64,000 nucleotides of DNA, from the NCBI GenBank assembly GCA_030264375.1, contig JASCQW010000156.1, forward strand, positions 23,028,706 to 23,092,705. Reading direction: 5' to 3'. This document shows, one piece after another, positions 1-12,956 of the stretch; positions within the stretch are counted from its first letter, which is position 1; each line of letters opens with the position of its first letter. The notes beneath the pieces were generated by a model. The model had not been told where the DNA came from. It made no database searches and saw only the letters and a program-made list of their open reading frames with translations. The DNA comes from Carcharhinus longimanus. Taxonomy: Eukaryota. Made by a program: the position numbers and the translations under genes.

Positions 1-139
1 ACACATCTGTCAACATGTTAGGCATCTCAGAATATGAAGACACATTCAGTTACATTAATGGCAAAGAGCCTGGTTATCATTGACACATCCAGTATCCCAG
101 TGCAATGAGGTGCAGGGTGAAATGCAACAAGTTGGACTG

Positions 140-380
140 AGCACTTTAAAGTCAAGAAATGTTCCACATGAGCATTATCAAACAAAATTTAATACCAGGC
201 CGCATAACAAGATATTAGGACATGTGACCAAACAACTGGGTAAATAGAAATGTTTTAAGTGTTTTAAAGGGGGAAGGAGAGTTAAAAGGTATCTAACATC
301 TGGGGCCCAGGCAGATAAAAGCTCGGCTGTCAGCAATGGAGCAATTAAAATTGGAGACCTGCAAGAGGTCAGAGTGCAAT
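140..380 (-). mobile_element. Degenerate L2-type LINE 3' end
   Basis: Reverse-complement similarity to the L2-type 3' ends at 1860-2150 and 30290-30825. Confidence 0.55.
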
Positions 381-1479
381 TTGATACAAATCATATTCCT
401 CCTCACAGATGGTTCTTGCAAGCTTTCAGCTTATTTATAATTAGTGTATTGTTGTTGAATAACTATCAACAATGATGAGAAACTGCTGGTTTTAAACCTA
501 CACTTAAAATATACAATTGACTGCTTTATACAATGGAAAATTATTAATAATTTTTCATGTGTCCTTTGAACGTTACAAGTCTGATGTTTTCTTCTATTAG
601 GCATATAGTTAGATTATAAATAGGGCAAGAACAAGAATTGTTATGAATTTTACCTGAACAAATGAAACCTTGCTCTTTGTAACTGAAACACCATTGTTTT
701 TCTAAAACATTGTTTTTCTTGGGCCCTTTTATAGAGCATATAAATAATCGTGATGTTGGATACAATAGTTATCCGATGACAGACTGAACAATGTAGTCAT
801 GAATGTGTTTTGATGTTGGGTCTGCCTATTGAATAAATGCATCTAGTTTGTACTTGCTAAGTATTTTCACTGTCATGCAGATATGAAAAGTAACGTTTTA
901 CAATGTTGAAAGTTGACAGAAGTGTAGTTATGGAATAGTAGTGCATTTGTTGAATTTATGGATTTAATTTGTTTCATGAAGATTAACTCAGATGGCAGCT
1001 ATTGTTTTAAATAGCATGAGTCTTATGGATATTGGATGTAAGTTGCTAATGGCTGCACAGTGTAAATAACAGAATTTCACATGTTCTTAAAAATGATAAT
1101 CGTATATCTCCAGCAAGTGTTTGGTATTTTAACTACTGCGCAATTCCCAGCTGACAAAAGTTTAGTTTTCTGCTGATTTTATTGTGGTAAACTGGTTGTG
1201 CTCTACTTGTCTATGTATATGTTTGAATTATTATGGTTCCTGTGGTTACTAAATTGTCTGGGAACTTGATTCAAAAGCATTTGGCACAACAGCAGGACAT
1301 GAGTAAAAAGGTTTTTTTTCTCTTCCAGTCTCTCAGGTAATTGAGAGCCCCCTATGTTTAGCCTAATGGTGATTATTTATCTTCTGATTTGTCTGTTTAA
1401 CTACCTAATCAAATACTCAGCATATTGCAGATAATGTTGCATTTTTAAATGGATTATATAAAAAATATAAAGAAACATA

Positions 1480-1692
1480 TTTTATGCACTGTGTAGTTAG
1501 GATCTGGAATGTACTGCCTGAGAGGCACATTCAGTAAGGCTTTCAAAAGGGAACTGAATAACCACCTGAGGAGAAAATGTATGGGGAGAATGCAGGGGAA
1601 GGGGGATTGGCTGGGTTGCTCTCGCACAGGGCTGCCATGGCCAGGATGAGCCAAATGATCTCTTTCTGTGCTGTAACAATTCTGATTCATTC
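1480..1692 (+). mobile_element. CR1 LINE 3' end
   Basis: Typical CR1 3' region (ggatctggaatgtactgcctgag...ttcaaaagggaactg...ctgtgctgtaacaattctgattc). Confidence 0.75.
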
Positions 1693-1859
1693 AACTAATG
1701 TTCAGATGATTTCTCTGTGTCTGCCCTGTCAAATTACTTTATCGCTTAAACATCTCAACTCGATTGTTCTGCCTGATTCTAAATTCAGAAGAATATGCTG
1801 CAGCTTTAGGAACCTGTTGCAATAATTTAATCCTCAGATCACTGGAATCATTTTGGTGA

Positions 1860-2150
1860 CTCTGTGCCTATCATCCTCAAATCTCTTACCCTCTAGTCTG
1901 GTCACTTGTGCATTAATTGCGTACTGTTGAGGACCTTACCTTCCGCAATCGAGATCCTAAAGCTCTCTGTCATTTTACCACTCTTCCTTTCTTTACAATG
2001 TTACTTGAACCCTAACCTCTTTGAGCAAGCTTTCGGTCGTCTTCTGTAATAATCTTGTGGGGTCAGTGTCAAGTTTTGTTAGGTAATGCTCCTGTGAAAT
2101 GCCATGGGATGTTTTATTTTGTGGCATTACATTAATATAAGATGTTGTGT
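1860..2150 (+). mobile_element. L2-type LINE 3' end
   Basis: ctctttgagcaagctttcggtc...gctcctgtgaaatgccatgggatgtttt...gttgtg tail, shared with 30290-30825 and 35790-35980. Confidence 0.65.
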
Positions 2151-2164
2151 CATATCTCTCAAAC

Positions 2165-2640
2165 GGCAAATATTTTTCCTGAGGTGTGTAGGCCAAAACT
2201 AAGTACTTCAAATGGACTTGTAGTCTGTACAAGTGAAGCATCATGTCCTCACTTTTGAATTCCACCTCCTAGGAAATAAAAGGCCGACATCCTGTTGGCC
2301 TTTTTGATAGCCTTTTGTACGTGTGTACTAGCTTTTCATGATTCATGTACTGGGATTTCCAAGCCCCATTGTCCTTCCACGGTTGGTCAGTCATAATTAA
2401 AAAAATATTCTAACTTGTCTTTCTCAGATCCAAAGTGAAGGAGTTCTCCATATTAAATTCCATCTGCTATAGTTTTGCTCACTCAGTTTGGTTCTGATAT
2501 TGTCACTTCCTGCTGCCATCTATATAACTTACTGTGGCTCTTATTTTAGTCATTTTCAAAATGTGATATACAATCGTCCATGCTTTCATTCAAGTTATTA
2601 ATATATTTGATCATCTGTGGGGAATACAGTTTGTCATATC
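2165..2640 (-). mobile_element. Old CR1 ORF2 fragment
   Basis: Minus-strand remnant (KKANRM...VEFKSEDMMLHLYRL) matches the CR1 RT C-terminal motif also seen at 9850. Confidence 0.7.
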
Positions 2641-2654
2641 TTCTAAATATTGAA

Positions 2655-2980
2655 GGTAGTGGATGGATGGCCTGTCAATTAAGTAGGCTACTTTGTCCAG
2701 GATAATGTTGAGTATCTTGACCGCTGTTGCAGCTGCACTGGTTCAGATACTGGAAAATAACACTCTTGGCGTGTGCTCCATACATTTTACCTATCCTCTG
2801 AGCAGCTCTTGTAGTTGTAGGATTACATGGTTGTCTAGTTAAGTTCATGGTTAATGGTGACCCTTGGCTGGTGGTAGATTTGGGGATCATAATGCCACTG
2901 AATCTCAAGACGGGGTAGAAATCTCATTGGAAAATGGTCATTAGGTGGCATTTAACATTACTTGCCACTTGTCATCGCAA
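2655..2980 (-). mobile_element. Degenerate fragment of the LINE family at 12070-12870
   Basis: Reverse complement resembles 12075-12370 (e.g. actacaagagc..., cagtggcattatgatccccaaatc). Confidence 0.5.
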
Positions 2981-3059
2981 TTGTCTGTATTATGGTGCTG
3001 TGTTATAAATTACTAATGGAGTTTAGCGTTGTTGTGGAAACATGCACTTTTACATGGAT

Positions 3060-3292
3060 CTTGACGGTAGCGGCTCCAAATGTCTTTACATCACTTGGCT
3101 GACCAGGAATATCTCCTGCACTTATATCTGTCGTAGGCCTGCGTTGGAAAGATTTATAGGTTGGTAGTCAACCTGTTTGGCTGAATTGTGAATACACCTT
3201 CATCAACAATCAAGTCCTGAAGTGGGATGCAAAACCCTCTGGCTCAGAGGAAGGATGCTACCCACTGCATCAGAAGACATCCCTCCCTCCCT
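3060..3292 (-). mobile_element. Degenerate tRNA-derived SINE
   Basis: Minus strand begins gtcttctgatgcagtgggtagcatccttcctctgagccagag...catcccacttcaggacttg, which is box A/B-like. Confidence 0.45.
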
Positions 3293-6200
3293 TATGAACA
3301 GTATTCGTCCATTGCCACCTTTTCCCATTGCATTCATGTTGATCTTGTGTTGTTGATAAATTGGCAGTTTTCTGCAGTTGAGGCAGAATACTTTGCTGGA
3401 AATTTGAAATTTAAACAGATAATGCTACAAGGTCTCAACGGGTCTGATGGTATCTGTGGAGAAACAGTAAACAAACTATAAAAATTTGTTTCAGGTTGGA
3501 ATCTATTATTCTGAGATGCTTTTGACATTGCAATATTAAATCTCAAAATCTAGCAAGCAGATTACCGTACAAATGGTATTTAGCCTTTTTGGACCATTCA
3601 ACTTTGAGAAGATTATATAAAACACAGTTTCTTGGAAAACTCAACCTGCAACTTTTAAAAACAGTATTTTGTAGATTGACCAAATGTTCATGGTGTTCTT
3701 GGTTAGTATTGGGTAACTTTATCTTGCTGATATCTTAACTAGATAACTTTAGTAGATTTGCATTCTTTCACTTATCAGCATGCCTGTATTACATTAAAAA
3801 GCAATAAAGATGCCTCTGAATGTAACCATCTGAATATAATGTATCGTGTGAACATACTCTAAATGCCCAGTTAGAGTTATGTTTCAGTATATTTAGATCA
3901 ACTCACTTTGCCATGAATAAATGCATTACAAATTATGTTAAATCACAACCAGAAAAAAGCTGAAATCTCGGTTATTTGCTTGTTCTCGATCTGAATTTCT
4001 CTGATTAATTTTACAATTCAGTAGCTTCCACAAAATTAACAAAAAGCAAGGGTTAATAAAGGCAGTGGATTTGTTACTGTGAAGTTATATCTAAGTGACC
4101 TAATTTGATTTATTTGATCTAACAGAGGGTTGATGAAGGGAGTGAAATCGATATATTATATGAAACATTCTAAGATTCTGAAATTTATTCAACTGACCAC
4201 TTATGGCATTATAACATTGGATTCACATTCTTAAACAACCAGTCAGTATATACTGTGATACATTTACCATAATACCAAAGGAATCTGTGTTTCTAGATAG
4301 TATTGATAAACTTATTAAAAATAATGCAAGTAACTCCTTGTCCTACTCATTTTGTTATATTTATTTGCTCTGACACACTGATTATGTAAGTTTTCACTAC
4401 CCTTAGGCCATTTAAAAATGCGAAATTGTTCCTGATGGTTCCGTTGACAACTGAGGGAACTCAACAGATTTTATTTCTGGTGCTACAATTGGTCTCTGTG
4501 GCCTGACTCAGATTGGCAAGATCAGTTCCTGTTTGATTTCTAACCATTAACTAGCTCCTGGTACTTGTACGTGAATGCTGTTAAACAGGATTGTACATTA
4601 TAGTTACTGAATGAATATGAAGCTAACACTCAAATGTCTTGAGTTTGTACAGAAAGAATATCCACTATGGGGAAGGTAATAAAGGGTTCCAGAAATATAT
4701 ACTTGACATTGTCAGCATTTTCAGTAATGGAAGAAAATAGAATAGTTTCTGTAAATTTAATGGAACTGGTAAAATGTTCTGCATGACAACACCACCGTAG
4801 TTTATCATCTCTTTAGGGGAGAGATTTGGTTGCTAGCGGCACTTGGAGCGGAAGTGAACCAGGAGAGTGTTCATTTTTGAATGACACTTAAAATGCCCTG
4901 GCTGTCTCTGTTTTAAGATGAGTAAGGAAAGCTGCAAATATTTTTGGCAGAAAGGGGAAGAGAATTTTTTAGTTAAAAGTATTTGGAGTAATAACGTTGT
5001 TTGTGCTGTATTTTTTCTTCATTTTGGTGCTGTTTCAGGGATGTTAGTAATTTGAACAAGTTTGAGTTTAACTTGGCATTGAACCACTTTAGGAAAGTGG
5101 TAATGTTCAAAAGGGAGAAAAGACAAAATATAATTTGAAAGTTAAAAGGCATCAGTCAGATGAACAGGGATATTGGTGAACAGCAAGTCAGGCAAAATAA
5201 ATAAGGCCAGACAAAAAAAACGTCTCAAGTGGGTGAGGAGTGAGTTCACTATCAGTGTAAGCGGGCAGTCCAATAATTAGCTGGGGGTGGGGGAATGCAG
5301 AAGGTCAATTGTCTTGCTTAGTAAGGGGTGGGTGGAAATCAGTCTCTAGTGCTCAGCACACATCACATGACCATGGCTGTTCAGCTTTTTCCCTGCAGTT
5401 TCTGTATATCTTTTGCTGAGGTGTCTTTCATACTCAAGAGTTTACTTTACTTTGAAATCTTTCCATTTTTAATTTCCATTCTGATCCCCGCCTCAACAGT
5501 CAACTTGTCCCTAAAGGACAAAAAGAAAGACACTTGATTCCAGTTTGACATTTTCTCTGTGGCTGCAGACTTTGTCATTTCTTTTTGTTCTTCTTTTAAA
5601 GTTCTGCTTTTTGCTTCTGACCAGATAATCTTGGGAACGTAGAAGATGCTTCTTATATTCCACGTGGAGCCAAATCCTTTGATGATTGAGCAGAGAATAT
5701 TTGCGTCTTATGCACATTTGGGCTATTATGTAATCTTAGGCCAGTTCACATTGATATTGATATGTTCAATTATGTTATGTTGACAGCCCCACCTACTGGT
5801 GCAGTATTTTTAGAATCTTGAGATCACTAATTATTTTAATATACATGTAGTGCCACCACTGGTGTGAGGGTCTAATTGGGAAGTAATAATTTTATGGACA
5901 GTTTTCATTACATGTTATTATGCACATATTAATAAGGAAAAATATAATATATTTATATAGTTCCTTTCATCACTTCAGTGTTCTTGAAGCCCTTCACAGC
6001 CAAATGAAGTATTTATGAATATCATGTTAGGAAAAGTTGACCGGAAGTGTTATTTAATGTATTATAAATATGTAGGTAACAAATCATTACAAGAAATTGG
6101 TTTGTAAAGAACAAAACAAACATTGGAAATCTGTCTTGACATTGAAGTTGAAACAAACTTGACATTGAAACAAACTACGTCTTGACATTGAAGTTGGGAT

Positions 6201-6439
6201 CTTGATGCAAGTTTCATTGATCTATCTTTTGATTAGCCTTGAGCAATGTTGAGCAGTATAAGATGTAATTAAGATGACTGCAATGCATGTGACTCACCCA
6301 TCCCACTTTTGAAAGATGGTAGTTGATGTAGCTTTGTAAATGCTATGCGCTAAATTATTGATGACCATGAGGATTGTTTTTTTTGGATCATCACTTCCCA
6401 TTTCTCACCAGTCTCAGTAACTACTGTAAATTTTTGTTC

Positions 6440-6780
6440 TCTAGTTTCTGTTTTGTAGACAGTTTGCTATCCATTCCGTCACTTGTTCCTTGATTCGCAT
6501 CCTATCGCTTGCCAAAGGCACTTTAATGTCCATGTATATTAAATCCCCGCATTACCCTTGTCTACTTTTTCTGTTATTCCTTCAAATAAATGAGTAAGAT
6601 TAATCAAGCATGCCTTCCCCTTTTGGAACCTGTGCTATTATACTTTGTCTCCTGGATTTTTTCCTGTTCCATCTTTGAGTGATGGTTGCATTATGCTTCT
6701 ATCACCTGACAAGCTAAATTGTCTGATAGTTCATTGGAATTGTTGTATTTATTTTTTTTGACCGTGGGATGAATTTTAGG
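6440..6780 (-). mobile_element. Old CR1 ORF2 fragment
   Basis: Minus-strand remnants of QHRFQKGKACLINL and YMDIKVPLA resemble CR1 RT domains. Confidence 0.55.
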
Positions 6781-7199
6781 CACATTTTAGTGACTTCAAA
6801 TGTTTGCCATTATGTTTTCAGGGACTAACTTTGAGACATGTTTCACAGATAATATTCAGTTCATAGTACTTAACCGTGACTGAATGTGCTGCTGTCATTC
6901 TTTTTGCAGCAATCTATGCAAAGTCTGCAGACCTCTGGTGCTATTACTATATGTTAGTAGAAATGTATATGTTTATTCATGTGAGTATCGCTGTTTGCCG
7001 ATTGTTTAATGAACATGTTTTTCATTTAAACCGTTTAGTACTGAAACTGTTTAACACTACATTTTTTGACCCAATCTCGCTGTCAAAACCGATAATTTGA
7101 ACAAAGAATGTGTTCACAGACCTTCGAAACATTTTCTGAATGCACAAATTATAATTGTATTTTTTTGAAACTAGATTAGATTATTCTGGTTTCTGTTTT

Positions 7200-8900
7200 G
7201 AAGTAAAATATTATCAGGCTTTCCTGTTTTAAGGAAGAAAACATTGGGGTCGTGAAAATAATACGCTGTATTGAGCAGTGATTGAGTTACAAATATGACC
7301 ATAGTGGAGCCGTACCTAGTCGCTTCACTGGCTGTGCTCGTAAATTGCGGTGGATAATCGCAGTAGTCTCCATTCTGTATTGTATTTAAAAGAAATATTG
7401 TGTTTACTGTTTTGAAGTAGAATCCTCCATGTATATATTTGATATATACACACATATTTCACATTAAATTGCAACGTTTAGGCCATTGAGAGCACCCCCC
7501 CATTGATTGGTGGTGTCAGTAGCTGATGCCAGCCCGAGTACAATAAAATTCTCTCATACGTCGGGCAGGGTTTCCTTTCGATCTTTTACTGTTGCAAAAA
7601 AATAAACCGTCAACTGTTCGGGCTACTAGATTGGTTAAAAAAGGTTTTGGGTTAGTGTTTTTAGAAATGAAAAGCTGTCCAGAATTGTTTTAGCTCTGCG
7701 GTGTACGTATATTGTGTAAAAATATGACATTCAGTTCTCTCAAGAGACTTGCCCAGAAGAAATAAGGCGGCTCCATCGACGTGCGAACGCCATGCTAATT
7801 ACACTGCAAATTAATTAAGTAGAATCGCATTTGAAGACTGAGTTGTGCAAAACATTCGTATCGGTTAGCGGTAGGAAACCTAGATACTTGTCTATTTTCA
7901 GAAATGGGAAGAACCATTTTGATTGATATTTACGTAGACAAAAATCTACAAATTAGGACATACCGCATTGAAATCCTGCTACACTCCCAGTAGATCACAT
8001 GATATTGCTGCTCAAGCTGCCCGATTTCTCAAAGGTAAATTAATTGATGACTGCGTCCAATGAAAACCTTACCAGGGCTAATGTCCTTGAAATAATGAAA
8101 ATCGTGCAGCATTAACAAAAAAAAATTTCGGGAAATTACACGTTAACACGGAATTGTGCAATAATTATAAATTCCGCAGATCGTATTTTTGTTATTATTG
8201 ATTTACTCGGTTAACATTATTTGAAGCCTGTTTTTTCTGTGTCTCCCGCCATTACATGGGTCTATTCGATCCCTGTGATGTGTCCCGCCATTTTACAGCA
8301 TTGCACCGCCAGTCGGCTGCGAGATTGCAGCAACTAGAGAGCTTGGAAGGCAGCCACAAGGTGTGTCCATGTGGCCATTTCAGCTCGTCATTAAGGGAGA
8401 ACACGTTAAGTTGATCCCTTCGGCATTTGCGCAAAAGTCCTTAAAAAGGCCTTGATCTTCCAAAGTGTACACGGTCCTGTAAACGTTTGTGTTTAATGTA
8501 GATTCAAATAAGAAATAAATCAGATAGCAGCGTTCGCTGAAATGTTTGTGAAAGGATAACATTCCTTGCGGTTTTCACGGTCAGCGACATTAATGAAGCT
8601 GATAAATGTTGTCCCCTCTTGGTTATACTGCCACGTTGCAACCATGCATTATAGATGAAATTTGAAATAATATTTCACAACGTAATTGCAAAAGCGTCCC
8701 TAATAAAACATGCATATGTCTTTCTGTTCTTCCATGGCGTTGCTCACCCGAAGTGGGAGGATCGAGAGTATTTCTGGGGGAGACAGGAAATAACTGACGT
8801 TTAAAGGAAGTGTGTGCTAAACTCTCGTGTACAGTATGTGGCAGTTTTGCTTTGGGGAGTAGGGAAACTTCAAACACATTTCTGGAATTTGGTGTCCAGT
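7200..8900. promoter_or_regulatory. CpG-retaining intronic regulatory island (enhancer or alternative promoter candidate)
   Basis: Hand count gives about 29 CpG in 8101-8760 versus about 1 in 22021-22680. YY1-type TCCCGCCATT at 8244 and TCCCGCCATTTT at 8283, TTGCGCAA at 8427, ATTGG boxes near 7506 and 7630. No recognisable repeat. Confidence 0.6.
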
Positions 8901-9084
8901 AAAATACCTACTGTTTATAAATTGAGGTGTTTTAAATACATATTTTGAAAATTTAAAGCCACAACACCAAACTACAATTTCCAATTGCAGTAAGATTCTG
9001 GATTGCTTTATGGTGATGTTACAATCTTTTGCAACAATTAACCTTTAGTTTCTTGTCATGTAAAGGGCTTAGATGGAGTAAAAT

Positions 9085-10300
9085 ATATACAGGAAAAATT
9101 TTTCAGTTAATATGTAGAGGATCCAACAAGTGCAGTGCTGGACCTAATTCTGGGGAATGAAGCTGGACAGATAATTGATGTGTTGGTGAGGAGCATTTTG
9201 GTGATGATGACCACAACATGATTCAATTCAAATTTGTTACAGACAAAGAAATAGACAAGTTGCAGGAAAAGGTATTGGATTAGGGGAAGAGTAGATCTTA
9301 ACAAAATAAGGCAGGATCTGGCCAACGTAGACAGGAACGAGTTACTTGTGGGGAAATCTACAAAAGGGGGGGGGTGTTCAAGATGTAATGGGGAGGGTAC
9401 AGATCCAACATGTTCCCTATAGGGTAATAGGAAAGCGTAACAAACTGAGAGAATCATGGGTGACCAGAGACATTCAGGATACAATGAGAAGGAAAAGAGA
9501 CGCTTTTAACAAGTATAAGGGGAGTAAGTCTACAAAGGCATTAGTAGAGTACAGAAAGTGCAAGATGGAGTTTAAGAAGTCAATTCGGAGTGCAAAGAGG
9601 GGAAATGAGAAAACTCTAGCTGGTAAAAATAGGGAAAATCCGAAGATAAGTCGGGGGGCAGCACAGTGGTTAGCACTGCTGCCTCACAGCACTAGTGACC
9701 TGGGTTCAATTCTGGCCTCGGGTGACTAGAGTTTGCACGTTCTCCCCATGTCTGCCTCTGTTTCCTCCTGGGTGTTCTCGTGCCTTAGACACTGAAGGTA
9801 AGTATGTGCAGCAGGCAGTAAAGAAGGCAAATGGTATGTTGGCCTCACTGTGAGAGGTCTCGAGTACAGGAGCAGGGATATGTTGTTGCAATTAAACAGA
9901 GCTTTGGTGAGGTCACACCTAGAGTATTGCGAGCAGTTTTGGTCCCCCTTTCTGAGGAAGGATGTTCTTGCTCTCGAGGGAGTGCAGCAAAGGTTTACTG
10001 GGCTGATTCAGGGGACGGTGGGACTGATGTATGAGAAATTGACTAGGTTAGGATGGTTTTTGCTGGAGTTCAGACGAATGAGACATATAATCTCATAGAG
10101 ACGTATAAAATTCTAACAGGACTAGACAGAGTAGATGCAGGGATGATGTTCCCGATGGTGGGGGAGTCCAGAACCAGGGGTCACAGTCTGAGGATTCAGG
10201 GTAGACCATTTAGAATGGAAGTGAGGATACATTTCTTCACCCAAAGAGTGATGAGCCTGTGGAATTAATTACCACAGGAAGTAGTTGATGCAAAAACATT
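9085..10300 (+). mobile_element. CR1 LINE ORF2 remnants (endonuclease end and linker, then RT C-terminus) interrupted by a SINE
   Basis: AVLDLILGNEAGQ and WVTRDIQDTMRRK before 9650. KKANGMLA, RALVRSHLEYCEQFWSPFLRKDVLALEGVQQRFT and RTRGHSLRIQGRPFR...FFTQRVMSLWN after 9790. Confidence 0.9.
9652..9782 (+). mobile_element. HE1-like V-SINE, 5' half
   Basis: tRNA-derived head gcacagtggttagcactgctgcctcacagc...gggttcaattc plus the V-domain start (gagtttgcacgttctcccc). Confidence 0.85.
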
Positions 10301-10364
10301 GAAACTGTGGGGTTCTAGAGCAAATTGCCTTACAGTGTGACAAGATATTGGAGCTATTGGCAGG

Positions 10365-11234
10365 NNNNNNNNNNNNNNNNNNNNNNNNNNNNNNNNNNNN
10401 NNNNNNNNNNNNNNNNNNNNNNNNNNNNNNNNNNNNNNNNNNNNNNNNNNNNNNNNNNNNNNNNNNNNNNNNNNNNNNNNNNNNNNNNNNNNNNNNNNNN
10501 NNNNNNNNNNNNNNNNNNNNNNNNNNNNNNNNNNNNNNNNNNNNNNNNNNNNNNNNNNNNNNNNNNNNNNNNNNNNNNNNNNNNNNNNNNNNNNNNNNNN
10601 NNNNNNNNNNNNNNNNNNNNNNNNNNNNNNNNNNNNNNNNNNNNNNNNNNNNNNNNNNNNNNNNNNNNNNNNNNNNNNNNNNNNNNNNNNNNNNNNNNNN
10701 NNNNNNNNNNNNNNNNNNNNNNNNNNNNNNNNNNNNNNNNNNNNNNNNNNNNNNNNNNNNNNNNNNNNNNNNNNNNNNNNNNNNNNNNNNNNNNNNNNNN
10801 NNNNNNNNNNNNNNNNNNNNNNNNNNNNNNNNNNNNNNNNNNNNNNNNNNNNNNNNNNNNNNNNNNNNNNNNNNNNNNNNNNNNNNNNNNNNNNNNNNNN
10901 NNNNNNNNNNNNNNNNNNNNNNNNNNNNNNNNNNNNNNNNNNNNNNNNNNNNNNNNNNNNNNNNNNNNNNNNNNNNNNNNNNNNNNNNNNNNNNNNNNNN
11001 NNNNNNNNNNNNNNNNNNNNNNNNNNNNNNNNNNNNNNNNNNNNNNNNNNNNNNNNNNNNNNNNNNNNNNNNNNNNNNNNNNNNNNNNNNNNNNNNNNNN
11101 NNNNNNNNNNNNNNNNNNNNNNNNNNNNNNNNNNNNNNNNNNNNNNNNNNNNNNNNNNNNNNNNNNNNNNNNNNNNNNNNNNNNNNNNNNNNNNNNNNNN
11201 NNNNNNNNNNNNNNNNNNNNNNNNNNNNNNNNNN
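10365..11234. other. Assembly gap (870 N); other gaps at 12476-12575, 19743-19752, 20059-20088, 25743-25925, 29486-29523, 35614-35713, 54616-54715, 56123-56132
   Basis: Runs of n. Most abut young repeats, and three are exactly 100 N (unknown-size placeholders). Confidence 0.97.
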
Positions 11235-11790
11235 TTATTGAATGGCGGGGCAGGCTCGAAGGGCTAGATGGCCTACTCCTGCTCCTATTTCTTATGTTCT
11301 TATGTACTGTGTGCAGTTGTGGTCGCCACATTATAGGAATGATGTGATCGCACTGAGAGGTGCAGAGGAAATTCACCAGTACATTGGGGTGGACAGGTTG
11401 GGATAGACTTGGGTTGTTTTCTCTGGAGCAGAGAAGACTGAGGGGATGACTGATTGAGGTGCTCAAGATTATGAGACAGCGTGGTTAGGGAGCAGCTGTT
11501 CACCTTAGTTGAAGGGTCAGTTAAAAGTGAAGGGTGCGAGGTTTAGGAGGATTTTGAGGAAAAACTTTTACCCAGAGAGTGATGATGGTCTGGAATGCAC
11601 AGCCTGGAAGGTTGGTGAAGGTGGGATGTCTCACATCCTTAAAAACGTACCTGGATGAGTACATGTCATTACATTCAAGGCTATGGGCAAGTGCTGGCAG
11701 GTGGGATTAGGTGGGCAGGTTAGGGCCTGTGCCGGTGCAGACTCAATAGGCTGAAGGGCCTCTTCTGCACTGTAGTATTCTGTGATATTC
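11235..11790 (+). mobile_element. Two CR1 3' ends (young tail next to the N gap, then an older fragment)
   Basis: Tail ggcctactcctgctcctatttcttatgttcttatg. The second fragment runs from tgcagttgtggtcgcc to gaagggcctcttctgcactgtagtattctgtga. Confidence 0.85.
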
Positions 11791-12069
11791 CATATCACTA
11801 ATTTAATCTCCTAACTGCTATCAACCAGAAGCTAAATGTAAATGTACAAAATAAGGCTAACATTTACAGTATGGCGATTTCTGTACTAAACCTGGCACCT
11901 TTAAAACCTTACCATTTCTGCTGTTTTTGCAACATGTTAACTGGGAACAGAGGTGTGGCAAATGTATACGTCAATTTTAAGGGGAGGGAATTTATTGCCC
12001 AACTCCCAGTAGAAAGTAGAATGTTCCTGCAGCAATAATACAAGATTTGCCTCACACGACTGCCAGGCA

Positions 12070-12870
12070 ATAATCATCTCCCCAGGACATTTGCTGGCAC
12101 TGCTATCACTGGATCTCCAACCATCAGCTTTCTATGGTTGTTATCATTTATCAGAAACTTTTGATTTGCTCTTGTAACCATATAAGTACTGTGACTACAA
12201 GAGCAGGCCAGAGGCTTGAAATTCAACAGTGAGTAACAAATCTCTTGACTCCCTAAAGCCTGCCCATCACCAGCAAGGCACAAATCATGAATATGATACA
12301 ATATTCACCATTTGCCTGAATGAGTTTGGCTTCAACAGTACTCAAGAAGCTCAACTTCATCCAGGAAAAGACAGTTTATTTTACCAAAACTGCCCTACCA
12401 CCTTAGCATTCACTCCCTCCCACCAACACAGTTGCAGCAATGTGTAATATCAACCAGGTGCACTGCAGCAACTCANNNNNNNNNNNNNNNNNNNNNNNNN
12501 NNNNNNNNNNNNNNNNNNNNNNNNNNNNNNNNNNNNNNNNNNNNNNNNNNNNNNNNNNNNNNNNNNNNNNNNNNNCAATGCTCTTTTAACAGCACCTTCC
12601 AAACCGTGATTTTAACCACTTAGAAGGGCAAGAAGAAAGGGAACACCACCACTTGTAAGTTCCCCTTCAAGCCACACACCATCCTGACTTAGAACTCTTT
12701 CTCACTGTTGCTGAGTCAGAATCCTAACAGCTCTGTAGGTGTATCTACATTGCATGGACTGCAGCGATTTAAGTATCTTATCACCATCTTCTCAGGGGCA
12801 GTTGAGGTTGTAACACAAATTCTGGCCTTGCCAACGAGGTTCAAATTTCAGAAAATAATTAAAAAGAAAC
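12070..12870 (+). mobile_element. LINE 3' region (CR1-group, second family)
   Basis: Frameshifted RT C-terminal remnants (gtgactacaagagcaggccagagg..., caaggcacaaatcatgaatatg) and a 3' UTR ending in ...tctcaggggcagttgagg...ctggccttgccaacga. Confidence 0.65.
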
Positions 12871-12956
12871 TCAGCCAATAGGGAGCGGTTAGGGTATAAT
12901 TATCTGGTTTTGGATGGCAAAATTTGCTTTTGTTTTTGTTTCTGTTAATTGTATAA

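Noticed and set aside
6133-6196. CTTGACATTGAA repeated three times with short spacers
   Set aside because: A local slippage-type duplication with irregular spacing. Not CRISPR-like, and the DNA is eukaryotic.
7902-8034. AG...GT-bounded segment with an ATG inside the CpG island
   Set aside because: The ATG frame stops before the donor and there is no SPEN similarity. It cannot be supported as an exon without transcripts.
9652-9730. tRNA-like box A/box B sequences (also at 12957, 29520, 50878, 54887)
   Set aside because: These are SINE heads followed by V-domains, not tRNA genes.
10325-11466. Long ORFs of 297-370 aa in the ORF track
   Set aside because: They consist almost entirely of X from the N gap and are artefacts.
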